This document shows positions 37,300-49,873 of a stretch of 64,000 nt of DNA, one piece after another. The stretch's first letter is position 1; each line of letters opens with the position of its first letter. The position numbers were made by a program, and so were the translations under genes. This DNA comes from an uncultured Actinomycetes bacterium. Lineage in GTDB: Bacteria > Actinomycetota > Thermoleophilia > UBA2241. The stretch is from assembly GCA_963767005.1 (NCBI GenBank), contig CAVYCN010000011.1, positions 45,108 through 109,107 on the forward strand, in the 5' to 3' direction. Under the pieces are notes generated by a model. It searched no databases and was not told where the DNA came from. It was given only the letters and a program-made list of their open reading frames with translations.

Positions 37300-37439
37300 G
37301 GCCCTCCAGGTCCTGGGCAGCGGGGGCCGCGTCGGGCCGACCGCCAGAGCATCGTCGGCTCCCTCGTCGTCGGGGGACGATGTGCATGATAGCGCGCCGC
37401 GGCCGCCCGAGGGCGCCGCGACCGTCTACCCCGCGCGAC

Positions 37440-37922
37440 TCACGAAGCAAGCAGCTCGGCGAACCAGGGCTCGCCGCGCACCGGGGCGAGGTCGGGGTCG
37501 GTGCGTAACTGGGCGGCAGGCGGCAGGTGCAGCTCGGTCTTGGCCCGCTCGAGCCAGGTGCGGCAACCGTCGGTGTCGCCCTCGAGCGCACAGGCGCAGG
37601 CCAGGTTGTAGGCGGCCGCCTTGCCCCAGAGGATCTCGGCCCGCAGCAGCTCCTGGCGGGCCCGCTTGAGGAGATCGTCGCGCTCGCGGATGTCGATCGT
37701 GCGGCTCGCCATGGCGAGGTGGACGCAACCCAGGCCCACGAGCGCCTCGCCCATGTCCGGCGCGAGCTGCAGGGCCTCTTCGTAGGTCATACAGGCCGCC
37801 CGCAACATCGTGTCGGCCGACCGGCCCCGCATGGTCCGTGCCTCGCCCAGCAGCACGTTGCCCATGTGGTTGAGGCGCCTGCTGCGGCGCGCGTCGTCTC
37901 CCTGCGGTGGTCTCTGGTCCAT
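37440..37922 (-). CDS. Small TPR-repeat protein
   Basis: YEEALQLAP..EAL..LG, YNLACACAL.G, DPDL..VR. Confidence 0.65.
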   Translation of the reverse strand: MDQRPPQGDDARRSRRLNHMGNVLLGEARTMRGRSADTMLRAACMTYEEALQLAPDMGEALVGLGCVHLAMASRTIDIRERDDLLKRARQELLRAEILWGKAAAYNLACACALEGDTDGCRTWLERAKTELHLPPAAQLRTDPDLAPVRGEPWFAELLAS

Positions 37923-38015
37923 CAGTGCCCTCTCCCGTGACACTCGCGGCCAAGATGCTGCCGATCACTCAGCGCGTACTATCGACCAGACGACAGCGCC
38001 TGGACAGTGCCTAGA

Positions 38016-38073
38016 TGTCTAGGCGTCGCGCCCCGAGGTCGACGTGTCGAGGCGTCGCGCCCCGAGGTCGACG
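38016..38073. repeat. 29-bp tandem duplication
   Basis: TGTC(T/G)AGGCGTCGCGCCCCGAGGTCGACG at 38016 and 38045. Confidence 0.85.
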
Positions 38074-38182
38074 TGGCGGCGCAGCATGTGCCGGTCGAAC
38101 TGCGGCACTGTGAAGGCGGCGTAGACGTAGGGGTTCATCCTGCCGCGATAAGGTCCGTCTAGGTTGTCAATCTCCCGGCGTC

Positions 38183-39721
38183 TCAATCCTGGTGCGCAGA
38201 GAGGACGCCGTCCGCCACCCGCACCCGGACCGCAAAGGTGGCGCCGCAGCCGGCGGCGCTCGTCACGCTCACGCTGCCGCCCATCGCCTCTGCCAGCTCC
38301 TTGACGATCGCGAGGCCGAGCCCTGTGCCGACATCCGGTCCGCTGTACTTGCGGTGCAGGTAGAAGCGTTCAAAGGCATGCTCGACGTCCTCGTCGGTGA
38401 GCCCCGGGCCGGAGTCGCTCACCTCGACCAGGCCGGGTCCGGCGATCACGCGCACGACGCCGCCCGATGGCGTGACGCGCAGCGCGTTCTCGACCAGGTT
38501 CGAGGCGATCTGCAGCAGCCGTCCGCGGTCGCCACGCGCGGGAAACGGGCCGGCCCCCGCCACCTCGAGCTTCACGCCCAGGGTCATGGCGAGGGCCGAG
38601 TAGCGCGCCGCGACGTCGGCGGCCGTCACGGCGAGATCGACCGGCTCGTCGACCACGCTGAACTCGGAGCGGTCGATGCGCGCCAGGTCGAGGAGATCGC
38701 CGACGAGGCGCCGCAGCCGAGCCGACTCGTCGGTGAGCACGTCGGCGACCTGCCCGGCGTCGACCGCACCGTCGGCGAGCAGCTCGGCGTAACCGTCGAT
38801 CGCGGTGAGCGGCGTCTTGAGCTCGTGGCCGACCGACATGAGGAACTCGCGCTCGGTGTCCTGCGCGCGGCGCAGCTTGGCGGCCATGCGGTTGAACGAG
38901 TCGGCCAGGACGGAGAGCTCGCGCGGCGCCCTGGTCGGGATCTCCATCGGCTGCCCGCCGTCGGCGAGCACGACGCTCGCCTCCGACACCTGCCGCACCG
39001 GCTTGACGATGCGGCGGTTGAGGACCCAGGCCGCGACCGCCGCGACCGGCGAGAGGATCGCGATGCCGAAGATGAGCGTCCAGAGTGTATCGGCAGCAGG
39101 CCCCAATACCACGGCGAGGGCGCGCCGAAGTAGTAGACGGCGTCGTGCTTGGAGGTGCGCCAGGCGACGTAGTGCTGGAGCCTGCCCGTCGATCCGAGCG
39201 TTGCCTGATGGCCCAGCCCCGCCCGCGCAGCAACGAGATCGCCTGCGCCGGCAGCTCTGACGCGGCGGCCTGGTCGGGGTCGTTCAGGCTCGAGGTACCC
39301 GCTTCCGCCGGAGTCGGCCTCCACGACGCTGCCGCAGCGCGGCTTCCAAGGCGGCCTCTGCTTGCGGCGTCTGCAGGCCGGCCGGGATTGCCGGCGCCGG
39401 CTGCGGCCCGATGATGCCGCGGTGCCGAGCGCGATCTCGAGCTGGCTCATCGCCTGACTGTTCTGGAAGGACTCTGATCGTCGAAGTTGTGCGTGATGTC
39501 GACGAGCAGCGGCACGAAGATGACGAGCAGCGCGACGAGCACCGTTTTGAACAGGACGCTGCCGCAGCGTGGGACGCTCTTTCCCGGACTCTTCGCCCCG
39601 CAGACCAGCGCGGAACCCACGAACGAAGCGTAGTACGCCGGTGACGATCAGATAGAGCGCGAATGCGATCGCCGCGACAGAACAGGGCGAGCCAGAGCGA
39701 GAGGCCGACCGACACGGACAT
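38183..39721 (-). pseudogene. HAMP-HisKA-HATPase sensor kinase; C-terminal 38183-39112 intact, N-terminal sensor region frameshifted
   Basis: HELKTPL, NLVENA, DSGPG, GTGLGL. TM-like segments upstream (VAAIAFALYLIVTGVL; VLVALLVIFVPLLV) lie in different frames from ATG 39721. Confidence 0.7.
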
Positions 39722-39727
39722 GGCCCC

Positions 39728-40393
39728 TCACCCCCTCGCGGCGCGATAGCCGGCGCCGCGGATGGTCTCGATCAGCTCCGGCCGGCCCAGCTTGGCGCGC
39801 AGTTGCGCGACGTGCTGGTCGACCGTGCGCGTGCCGCCCGGGAACTCGATGCCCCAGACGCGCTCGAGCAGGGCGTCGCGGCTGAACAGCAGGCCGGGGT
39901 GCTCCATGAGGTAGGCGAGCAGCTCGAACTCGGTGGCCGTCAGGTCGACGGGCCGGCCGGCGACGGCGACCTCGTGGCGCGGGCGCGACAGGGTGACGTC
40001 GGCGACGCAGAGGTCGGCCGCCTGGTGCGGCTCGGTGCTGCGGCGCAGCACCGCTTTCACCCGCGCGGCCAGCTCGCGCGGGCTGAACGGCTTGGCCACG
40101 TAGTCGTCGGCGCCGAGCTCGAGGCCGGCGACGCGGTCGGCCTCCTCATCGCGCGCCGTGAGCATGATCACCGGCAGGCGCGAGCCGGCGCGGATGCGGC
40201 GGCAGACCTCGAGGCCGTCGATGCCGGGCAGGCCGATGTCGAGCACGACGAGGGCGATCTGGTGGCGCGGCAGCTCGGCGAGCCCCTCTTCGCCGGTGCG
40301 CACCGCGATGACGCGATGCCCGTCGCGCTCGAGCGCGATGCGGACGAGATCGGCGATGTGCCGCTCGTCTTCGATCACAAGTACCGTCGCCAC
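39728..40393 (-). CDS. OmpR/PhoB-family response regulator
   Basis: VLVIEDE, LDIGLPG, MLTAR, GADDYVAKPF, RTVDQHV..LR.KL, TIRGAGY. GTG 40393. Confidence 0.93.
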   Translation of the reverse strand: MATVLVIEDERHIADLVRIALERDGHRVIAVRTGEEGLAELPRHQIALVVLDIGLPGIDGLEVCRRIRAGSRLPVIMLTARDEEADRVAGLELGADDYVAKPFSPRELAARVKAVLRRSTEPHQAADLCVADVTLSRPRHEVAVAGRPVDLTATEFELLAYLMEHPGLLFSRDALLERVWGIEFPGGTRTVDQHVAQLRAKLGRPELIETIRGAGYRAARG

Positions 40394-40416
40394 CCCTGCC
40401 TCCCTCCGACTCCGCC

Positions 40417-40489
40417 ATGCTACCAACAGCCCGGAGTCTCGGCACCGCCGGTCGGCGGGTCGTCAGAGCCTTGTCAGAGGCAGGTAAAT
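40417..40489 (-). promoter_or_regulatory. Probable autoregulatory OmpR-type box and extended -10
   Basis: GTCAGA/GTCAGA/GTAAAT at 40462/40473/40484 (11-bp period); TGG-TAGCAT on the minus strand at 40422-40417. Confidence 0.5.
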
Positions 40490-40547
40490 CGCTGGCGGGT
40501 GCGGATCGCGAACGGCGGCGCAAGACGTCCGCAGCAACGCCCTGCAG

Positions 40548-40868
40548 TCAGGCCGGCACGCGCTCCTCGGCGTCGATCGCGACGCAGCCCTCGCGAAGCA
40601 GGCGCTCCGCGCACAGCGGGCACGCCAGCAGCAACTCTTCGCCCCGATATACAAGGCGAGCCCGCTCGCCGAGCAGCAGCTCGCGTCCGCAGGCGTCGCA
40701 GTGTTCCGGCTGCTCGCTCCACAGCGGCATGCCGCGAACGAGCAGTTGCCTGAGACACTGCTCGCGCAGTTCGGGCGCGGACAGCGAGGCCGCGCGCCGG
40801 TCGGCCCCTTGAACGGCCGACCGCGACGCCCGGGCCACGATCCTGCGCCACCGTTCGACGACGTCCAT
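40548..40868 (-). CDS. Small hypothetical protein with two CxxC pairs (zinc-ribbon-like)
   Basis: CDACGRELLLGE..CPLC; RBS GAGGAG. Confidence 0.6.
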   Translation of the reverse strand: MDVVERWRRIVARASRSAVQGADRRAASLSAPELREQCLRQLLVRGMPLWSEQPEHCDACGRELLLGERARLVYRGEELLLACPLCAERLLREGCVAIDAEERVPA

Positions 40869-40999
40869 CCCATGCTCCTCAGTTCGACGGCGTGATCGAA
40901 CACGAGGCTACCCGAAGCGGCTGAGGAGTCGCTGGGGCGACGGTGAGAAGCGGCCGTGAGGAGTCGCGGGGCGGGCGATCGAGGCAAAGAGAGCAGTAA

Positions 41000-42088
<1,089 letters not shown>

Positions 42089-42170
42089 CCGGCGGGTACG
42101 ACGGGAACTCCTCCTGCACCAGCGCGACCTGAGGCGACCAGGTCGCCGACGACGAAGCGAGGGAGACAGC

Positions 42171-43202
42171 ATGCGTGCAGCGATCATGTTCGGCGCCGGC
42201 GACGTCCGCGTTGAGACCGTCCCCGACGCTCGTCTGGTCGAGCCGACCGACGCCCTCGTGCGCGTCACGAGTGCCTGCATCTGCGGCAGCGACCTGTGGC
42301 CCTACAAGAGCATGGACCAGAGCGAGTCGGGCCGCCGCATGGGCCACGAGGCCGTGGGCATCGTCGAGGAGGTCGGCGCCGAGGTCCGCACGCTGCGCGT
42401 CGGTGACCTCGTCGTCATGCCGTTCGCCTACTCGGACGGCACCTGCCCCTTCTGCCACGAAGGGCTGCAGACCGCGTGCCTGCACGGCGGCTTCTTCGGC
42501 ACCGGCCGGGCCGACGGGGCGCAGGCTGAGGCGCTCCGCGTGCCCCAGGCGGACGGCACGCTCGTGGCGCTGCCGGTCGGCCCCGACGACGCGCTGCTGC
42601 CCTCGCTGCTCACCCTCTCGGACGTGATGGGCACGGGCCACCACGCCGCCGTGACCGCCAGGGTCGGGCCCGGCAGGACCGCCGCCGTCGTCGGCGACGG
42701 CGCCGTCGGCCTGTGCGGCGTGATCGCCGCCAAGCGTCTCGGCGCGGAGCGGATCATCCAGCTCGGCCGTCACCCCGACCGCATCGCCCTCGCCCGCCGG
42801 TTCGGCGCCACCGACGTCGTCGGCGAGCGCGGCGACGAGGCGATCGAGCGGGTGCGCGAGCTCACCGGCGGCGTCGGGGTGCACGCGGTGCTGGAGTGCG
42901 TCGGTCTCGAGGAGTCGCTGCGCACTTCGGTGGGCATCACTCGGCCGGGCGGCGCGATCGGCCGTGTCGGTGTGCCCCAGCACGAGACGATGCCGGCGCG
43001 ACTCACCTTCTTCGGCAACATCACGGTGAGCGGCGGCCCGGCCCCGGTGCGCGCCTACATCGGGGAGCTGCTGCCGGACATCCTCGAGGGCAGGATCGAG
43101 CCCGGCCTCGTCTTCGACCGGGTCGCGAGCCTCGACGAGGTCCCCGACGGCTACCGCGCGATGAACGAGCGCGAGGCGATCAAGGTGATGGTCAAGCCCT
43201 GA
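42171..43202 (+). CDS. Zinc-dependent alcohol dehydrogenase family protein
   Basis: CGSD, GHE, DGTCPFC..C, GDGAVG. Confidence 0.92.
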   Translation: MRAAIMFGAGDVRVETVPDARLVEPTDALVRVTSACICGSDLWPYKSMDQSESGRRMGHEAVGIVEEVGAEVRTLRVGDLVVMPFAYSDGTCPFCHEGLQTACLHGGFFGTGRADGAQAEALRVPQADGTLVALPVGPDDALLPSLLTLSDVMGTGHHAAVTARVGPGRTAAVVGDGAVGLCGVIAAKRLGAERIIQLGRHPDRIALARRFGATDVVGERGDEAIERVRELTGGVGVHAVLECVGLEESLRTSVGITRPGGAIGRVGVPQHETMPARLTFFGNITVSGGPAPVRAYIGELLPDILEGRIEPGLVFDRVASLDEVPDGYRAMNEREAIKVMVKP

Positions 43203-43212
43203 CGCTGGACAC

Positions 43213-44574
43213 TCACCCGGCGGCTCCACCGTCCAGACGCCGGACGGCGGGAGCGAGGGCCGCGACCGCGGCCGTCGCTCCCGTGAGCGCCGCGCAGACG
43301 ATCAGCGCTTCGTTCAGACCGAGCAGTCCGCTCAGGAGAGGGGCGAGCACGAAGCCGACGGGCAGGCCGGCGAGCGAGCCGACGGCGTCGAACGACAGGA
43401 CCCGGGCGAGCACCGCGCCGGGTACGTGCCGCTGCAGGGCCGTGCTCCACACGGCCTCGAAGTAGGCGACCGAGAAACCGGCGCCGGCGGCGGCCGCACA
43501 CTGGGCGGCGAACGCCACCCGCCACGTGAGCAGCGCCAGGAAGAGCGAGTAGAGCGGCGTGAGCAGGCAGGCGGCGAGGAGCGCCCGCCGTGGCCGCAGC
43601 CAGAGGGCCCCGGCGCCGCCGACGAGCTCACCGGCGCCCATGCTCGCCAGCACGAAGCCCCACGCCTCGGCGCCGCCCAGGCTGGTGCGCGCGACGAGTG
43701 GTCCGAGTACATAGGTGGGGGCCACCGCGAAGGTCATGAAGACCAGGTCCAGGGCGATGATCACCATGACCCACGATCGCGCCCTGACGGCCTGCCAGCC
43801 CTCGCGCAGCTCGTCGAGCACGCTCGACGGCCGTCGAGCCTCTCGCTCGCCGCGCCTCGGTCCGGGCACGCGCATCGCGACGAGGAATGCGGCGCTGATC
43901 AGGTACGTGGCCGCGTTGACCTGCAGGGCCCAGGCAGCGCCCGCGCTGGCCACGAGGACACCTCCGAGGACCGGACCGGCGAGAGAACCGGCGCTCTGCG
44001 CGAGCCCGCGCAGCGCGTTTGCCTGCTGCAGCTGGTCCGGCTCGACCGTCGCGGGGATGAGACTTCCGGCCGCCGGCGTGAAGAAGGCCTCGGCCACGCC
44101 CTTGCCGGCCTGGAGTGCAAGCAGGGCGGGGAGCGTGAGATGCCCCGTCATGAGGAGCGCGCCGAGCGACGCCTGCACGGTAAAGCGGGCGACGTCGCAG
44201 CACAGCATGATGCGCTGCCGCGGCAGCCGGTCGCCCCAGACGCCGCCGACGAGCAGGAACAGAAGAAGGGGGACGACCTGCGCGGCGAGGGCGAGGCTCA
44301 GCGTCGAGATGGGCGCGCCGGACGCGAGGAGGGCGAAGCTGAGGGCCACCGGGCCCGCGCCGCTGCCCAGCAGCGAGACCGATTGGCCGAGAAACAGGAG
44401 ACGGAACTCGCGCGAGGCGAGGGGCGCGACGAAGCGGCGGTGGCTCGGGGACCGAAGCGGCGGGGGCGGGGATCCTCCAGACGATGATCCCCGCCCCCGC
44501 CGCTTGGCGCCGACGTTCAGCTCCGGCGTCGACTCAGCCGCCCCACTTCTTGGCGTAACGCATGTCGTACTCAC
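43213..44574 (-). CDS. MFS transporter (macrolide-efflux/EntS-like)
   Basis: FRLLFLGQSVS..G, GGVWGDRLPR, about 12 TMs; start uncertain. Confidence 0.85.
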   Translation of the reverse strand: MSTTCVTPRSGAAESTPELNVGAKRRGRGSSSGGSPPPPLRSPSHRRFVAPLASREFRLLFLGQSVSLLGSGAGPVALSFALLASGAPISTLSLALAAQVVPLLLFLLVGGVWGDRLPRQRIMLCCDVARFTVQASLGALLMTGHLTLPALLALQAGKGVAEAFFTPAAGSLIPATVEPDQLQQANALRGLAQSAGSLAGPVLGGVLVASAGAAWALQVNAATYLISAAFLVAMRVPGPRRGEREARRPSSVLDELREGWQAVRARSWVMVIIALDLVFMTFAVAPTYVLGPLVARTSLGGAEAWGFVLASMGAGELVGGAGALWLRPRRALLAACLLTPLYSLFLALLTWRVAFAAQCAAAAGAGFSVAYFEAVWSTALQRHVPGAVLARVLSFDAVGSLAGLPVGFVLAPLLSGLLGLNEALIVCAALTGATAAVAALAPAVRRLDGGAAG

Positions 44575-44740
44575 CCCCTTCGCTCCCTCTGCGGGAATCC
44601 GAGACCCGTGCGACCCGCCTCGTGGACCGAGGCGACCGCGGCGGTGAACCGACCACAGCATGCCCGGCGGGCCCGCCACCGGCTACAAAAGTCTATCCCG
44701 AGATAGAGGCCGGGGGGATCGGGTGAGTGCCGCGCCGGCG

Positions 44741-44827
44741 GGCGATAGACGGACGGGGCCGCACAAGGCAGGCGATAGACGGGGCCGGATGGGGCAGGCC
44801 GATGGACGGACGGGGGCCGGATGGGGC
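44741..44827. repeat. Three degenerate intergenic direct repeats (26-30 bp)
   Basis: GGCGATAGACGG(ACGG)GGCCG-like units at 44741, 44771, 44797. Confidence 0.65.
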
Positions 44828-44897
44828 CCCGGACGGCTCGCAGTCGATGCTGCCACGCTGCGGCGCCGGGTGTCCGCCGGAAGCACGGCGGGAGCGG

Positions 44898-47732
44898 TCA
44901 GTCGTTCAGGCCGAGGCGTTCCCTGTAGAGCAGCCCGGCTCGGCGCCGGTCGGCGACCGAGAGCTTTGTGAGGATGCGGTGGACGTGGGTCTTGACCGTG
45001 CCGGGCGACAGCACGAGGGCGGCGGCGATGTCGTCGTTGCTCTCGCCCGCCGAAAGCAGGGCGAGGATCTCCAGCTCGCGTGGCGTGAGCTCCGGAAACC
45101 GGTCCGAATCGCCTTGATCGGCGGCCGCCAGACCGGCCGCGAGGCGTCGGACCTCGGCCGACGGGTGACGGCGCGCCCGGGCGGCCAGGAGGGCGAGTTG
45201 AACGACGTCCAGTCCCGCCGAACACGAGAGCGCCTGCAGCGCCACCTCTTCCCGGGCCAGCGCGAGCGAAAGCAGCCGCCCACCGTCGACGTGTCGCGCC
45301 AGGGCGCCGAGCACGGCCGCGGTGAGCCCGGCGTCGTCTTCGGTCATGAGGTAGTCGCGCAGGACGTCGCGCCGCAGCGAGAGCTCCCATAGGACGAAGT
45401 TGCGGTGGCCGAGATCGAGGAGGGCGCGAAGAGCTCGACCGAGCTGCGCTGCCGGCGGCTCACCGGGCTGCGCGTGCCCCCCGGCCGGCCGCTCCGCGGC
45501 CTGGGGACGCCCCCACTCCAGTAGCGCGGCGAAGACGCGTGCCTTGGCGCACTGGAACTGCAGACCATGCTCGCCGGCCTCGTCGGCCAGCCGGCGCAGG
45601 TCGATCGCTTCTCGTGCCGTGACGCCGTCGTCGACCTGGGCTGAGGCGAACGCCCGTCCGATGGCGGCGTTGAAGCGCTCGTAGCCGGCGGTGTCCGCGC
45701 AGGCCGTCTCGGCGCGCCGGTAGAACTCGAGCGACGAGGCGACGTCGCCGCTGCGCCGCAGAGTCGTGCCCAGGTGCAGGTCCACGTTGGCCGCAAGGAC
45801 AGGGTCTGCCACGGCCGCGGCGGCCGCGGCGCATTCCCGCAGCAGTCCGAGCGCCTGCTTGAAGTCCCCCTGAGAGGCCAGCAGGAACGCCTTCGTATCG
45901 AGGAGATTGGGAAGCTGGACGGACGCCACGTGCCGTTCGCAGTGGGCCAACCCGGCTTCGATCGCCGCCGCGGCGGCGGGGTAGTCGGCGAGGTAGACGT
46001 GTAGCATGCCGAGCAGGCTCTGGAACCCCGCCAGCGACCGGGCCGGCATGAACTCAGCCACCGCGGCGGCCGCGAGTCTGCTGTCGGCGGCCGCCTTGGC
46101 CACCTCCCCCATGTCGACCAGTGCCGTGACTCGTGCCGCCCTCGCGAGGGCGAGCGCCGCAGGGTCGGCGCCGGCCTGGCGCTCGAGCGACTCCAGGGCT
46201 TCCTGCGCCTGGCCCCAGTCGAGCGCGTACACCGAGGAGAGCACCTGGAGCCGGAGCGCGTCGGCGAGCGGCTCGTCGTCGTGAGCCAGGCGAGCAGCGC
46301 TCGCCGACTCGGTCAGCATGGTCGCGTAGTCGGCCCGTCTGCAGGCGGCGATCGAGCAGATGGTGTGGGCCACGAAAGCCGCCGGCTCATCGCCGCAAGC
46401 GGCGAAGTCGTCGGCGGCGGCCGCGATCTCCGACGAAGGCATGGGCGACTCCGCCAGCCGGCTCGCGATCTCTCCGCGCACCACCGCCAGCCAGCTTCCG
46501 TAGGCGGGGCCGGCCACATCGAGCGCCAAAGCGAGCCGTTCGAGGAGGGGCCGGCCGCACACGAACAGGGCGCGCCCCCACGTCTGGCGGATGAGCCCCA
46601 GGACCCCGGCGAGGTCGCCGGCGTCGAGCGAGGCGGCCACGGCGAGCTGATGCTCACCCTCGGCCGCGAGCGCGGCCGCCGTCGCCGTCATCAGCTCGCG
46701 CAGGGCCGCCTCCCCGCCGCGCATCCGCACCCGGTCGCGCAGATACCTGGCGAAGAGATCGTGGTACTGGTAGCTCTCGCGACGCTCATCGGACGCGATG
46801 AAGACCCCGTCGTCGACCAGTTCGTCCAGGATACGCTTGGACCCGGTCCCACCCCTGAGACGGTCGGCGATACCGGGGGTGACGTGGCGCAGGCAGCAGG
46901 TACGCTCGAGCAGCAGCACCGCCGGCGCCGGAAGGCGCCGCACGACCTCTTCCGTCAGATAGTCGTAGACATCGGATGTCGTCGCGCTGAGGACGGCGTC
47001 GTCGACGGCGCGCACGGCGCCGGTCAGTCCGGCCAGCTTGCCGGCGAGCACGACACCGGCGGCCCAGCCGTCGGTCGATTCCAGCAGAAGGTCGAGGTCT
47101 TCGGCGGAGGGCCCGGAGCCAAGGGCCTGAAGCGCGGCTTCGGCCTGCCGCCGCGTGAAGCGCAGGTCGACGGGACCCAGGACGCGCAGGTCGTCCGCGG
47201 CGCGCAGCTTCCCCGTGGAGAACCCGGGTCGCGAACGGCTGGCCAGGATGAGGTGGGCCCGCGGTGGGAGATCGAGCAGCAGGAGGTCGATGAGCTCGTT
47301 GACGTCGGCGCGATCGGCCACCTCGTGATAGTCGTCGAGGACAAGGTACACGTCGTGCCGGCCGATGCTCTCGAGCTCCTTGAGAAAGCCGGCGGCAAGG
47401 CGGGTCGGGGGCGCCGGCTCCTCGCCCGAGAGCAGCGCGCGCAGCGATGCTCCGAACGAGGGAGCCATCCGTCGCAACGACTCGGTCAACCCGGCGACGA
47501 GCGCGACGGGGTCGGCGTCGAGGGCGTCGAAGCGATACCACGCGTGCTCCCAGCCCAGCCGTCGTGCCGCCTCGGCGAGCAGCGTCGTCTTGCCGTAGCC
47601 GGCCGGCGCCCGCACGTACAGGACCTTGGCGCGGGCGCCCTCCTCGACGGCCTTCATCTGGCCGCGGCGCACGACGGCGTGCGCCAGTCTCGGCGGCACC
47701 AGCTTGGCGGCAAGCACGGTCGGCAGTGGCAT
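44898..47732 (-). CDS. MalT-like LuxR-family regulator (STAND ATPase-TPR-HTH)
   Basis: KLVPP, APAGYGKTT, LDDYH, TDGWAAG, YHDLF, LTPRELEIL..VKTH. Confidence 0.9.
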   Translation of the reverse strand: MPLPTVLAAKLVPPRLAHAVVRRGQMKAVEEGARAKVLYVRAPAGYGKTTLLAEAARRLGWEHAWYRFDALDADPVALVAGLTESLRRMAPSFGASLRALLSGEEPAPPTRLAAGFLKELESIGRHDVYLVLDDYHEVADRADVNELIDLLLLDLPPRAHLILASRSRPGFSTGKLRAADDLRVLGPVDLRFTRRQAEAALQALGSGPSAEDLDLLLESTDGWAAGVVLAGKLAGLTGAVRAVDDAVLSATTSDVYDYLTEEVVRRLPAPAVLLLERTCCLRHVTPGIADRLRGGTGSKRILDELVDDGVFIASDERRESYQYHDLFARYLRDRVRMRGGEAALRELMTATAAALAAEGEHQLAVAASLDAGDLAGVLGLIRQTWGRALFVCGRPLLERLALALDVAGPAYGSWLAVVRGEIASRLAESPMPSSEIAAAADDFAACGDEPAAFVAHTICSIAACRRADYATMLTESASAARLAHDDEPLADALRLQVLSSVYALDWGQAQEALESLERQAGADPAALALARAARVTALVDMGEVAKAAADSRLAAAAVAEFMPARSLAGFQSLLGMLHVYLADYPAAAAAIEAGLAHCERHVASVQLPNLLDTKAFLLASQGDFKQALGLLRECAAAAAAVADPVLAANVDLHLGTTLRRSGDVASSLEFYRRAETACADTAGYERFNAAIGRAFASAQVDDGVTAREAIDLRRLADEAGEHGLQFQCAKARVFAALLEWGRPQAAERPAGGHAQPGEPPAAQLGRALRALLDLGHRNFVLWELSLRRDVLRDYLMTEDDAGLTAAVLGALARHVDGGRLLSLALAREEVALQALSCSAGLDVVQLALLAARARRHPSAEVRRLAAGLAAADQGDSDRFPELTPRELEILALLSAGESNDDIAAALVLSPGTVKTHVHRILTKLSVADRRRAGLLYRERLGLND

Positions 47733-47786
47733 CGCGCGATCTGCTCTCCGGTCGACGAGTGCGCGGCCCACCCGCAGCCGCGGCGG

Positions 47787-48974
<1,188 letters not shown>

Positions 48975-49021
48975 GCCAGCCTCCTAGTGTCGACGGCCGC
49001 GCGCCGGCCGCCACGAACCCA

Positions 49022-49873
49022 TCATTTGCCCATGCCGAGGGTCAGGCCCCTGATCAGGTACCGCTGGAAGATTAGGTACACAACGATCGCGGGCAGGGCC
49101 GACAGGAACGAGCCGCCGAGCAGCGCCGGGATGCTCGTCGTGCGCCCCGCGGCGATGGCGGCGAGACCGACCGTGATCGTGCGCTGCTGCGGGTTCTGCA
49201 GAAAGAGCAGGCCCACGAGCAGGTCGTCCCAGATCTGGATGAACTGCAGCACGGCGACGGTCGCCATGGCCGGCACCGACAGCGGGATGGCGATCCGCAG
49301 GAAGGTGCGGAAGTAGCCGAGCCCGTCGATCACCGCCGCCTCGATCAGCTCGTTCGAGATGCCGCGGTAGTGGGTCGCCATGAGGAACGTGGCGAAGGGC
49401 GTGCCGAGCGCCGCGTACACGAGGATGGCGCCGAAGTAGCTGTTGACCAGGCCGAAGCGACCCAGGTTGACGTACTCGGGGATGATGATCGACTGCAGCG
49501 GCACCATCATGGCCGCGACGACGCCCAAGAAGATGAGCTCGCTGCCCCGGTAGCGCAGCTTGGCGAAGGCGAAGCCCGCGGTCGTGCTCACGAACAGGAT
49601 GATGAGGATGGCGACGAGGCAGATCAGCGTCGAGTTGAGCAGCTCGCGGGCGACCGGCAGGTCGGCGAACAGCCGCGACCAGCTCGCCGCCGAGTGCCCG
49701 CTCTGCTGATCGAACTGGGGCGCCGTGCGAAAGGCGTTGTTGAGCATGTAGTAGAAGGGGTAGAGCATGACGATCGCCACGACGACCATGAGCACGAAGA
49801 GCGCCACGCGTGACGCCTTGCGGCGGGCCCGGGCGCCGCTCATGGCGGGACGCGCTGTCGTGTCGAGTGTCAC
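49022..49873 (-). CDS. Carbohydrate ABC transporter permease (MalG-like)
   Basis: ELIEAAVIDG loop; GTGA coupling to the upstream permease. Confidence 0.9.
   Translation of the reverse strand: MTLDTTARPAMSGARARRKASRVALFVLMVVVAIVMLYPFYYMLNNAFRTAPQFDQQSGHSAASWSRLFADLPVARELLNSTLICLVAILIILFVSTTAGFAFAKLRYRGSELIFLGVVAAMMVPLQSIIIPEYVNLGRFGLVNSYFGAILVYAALGTPFATFLMATHYRGISNELIEAAVIDGLGYFRTFLRIAIPLSVPAMATVAVLQFIQIWDDLLVGLLFLQNPQQRTITVGLAAIAAGRTTSIPALLGGSFLSALPAIVVYLIFQRYLIRGLTLGMGK

Noticed and set aside
38016-38073. Possible CRISPR repeat or att site
   Set aside because: Two adjacent copies with no spacer; no integrase or tRNA nearby.
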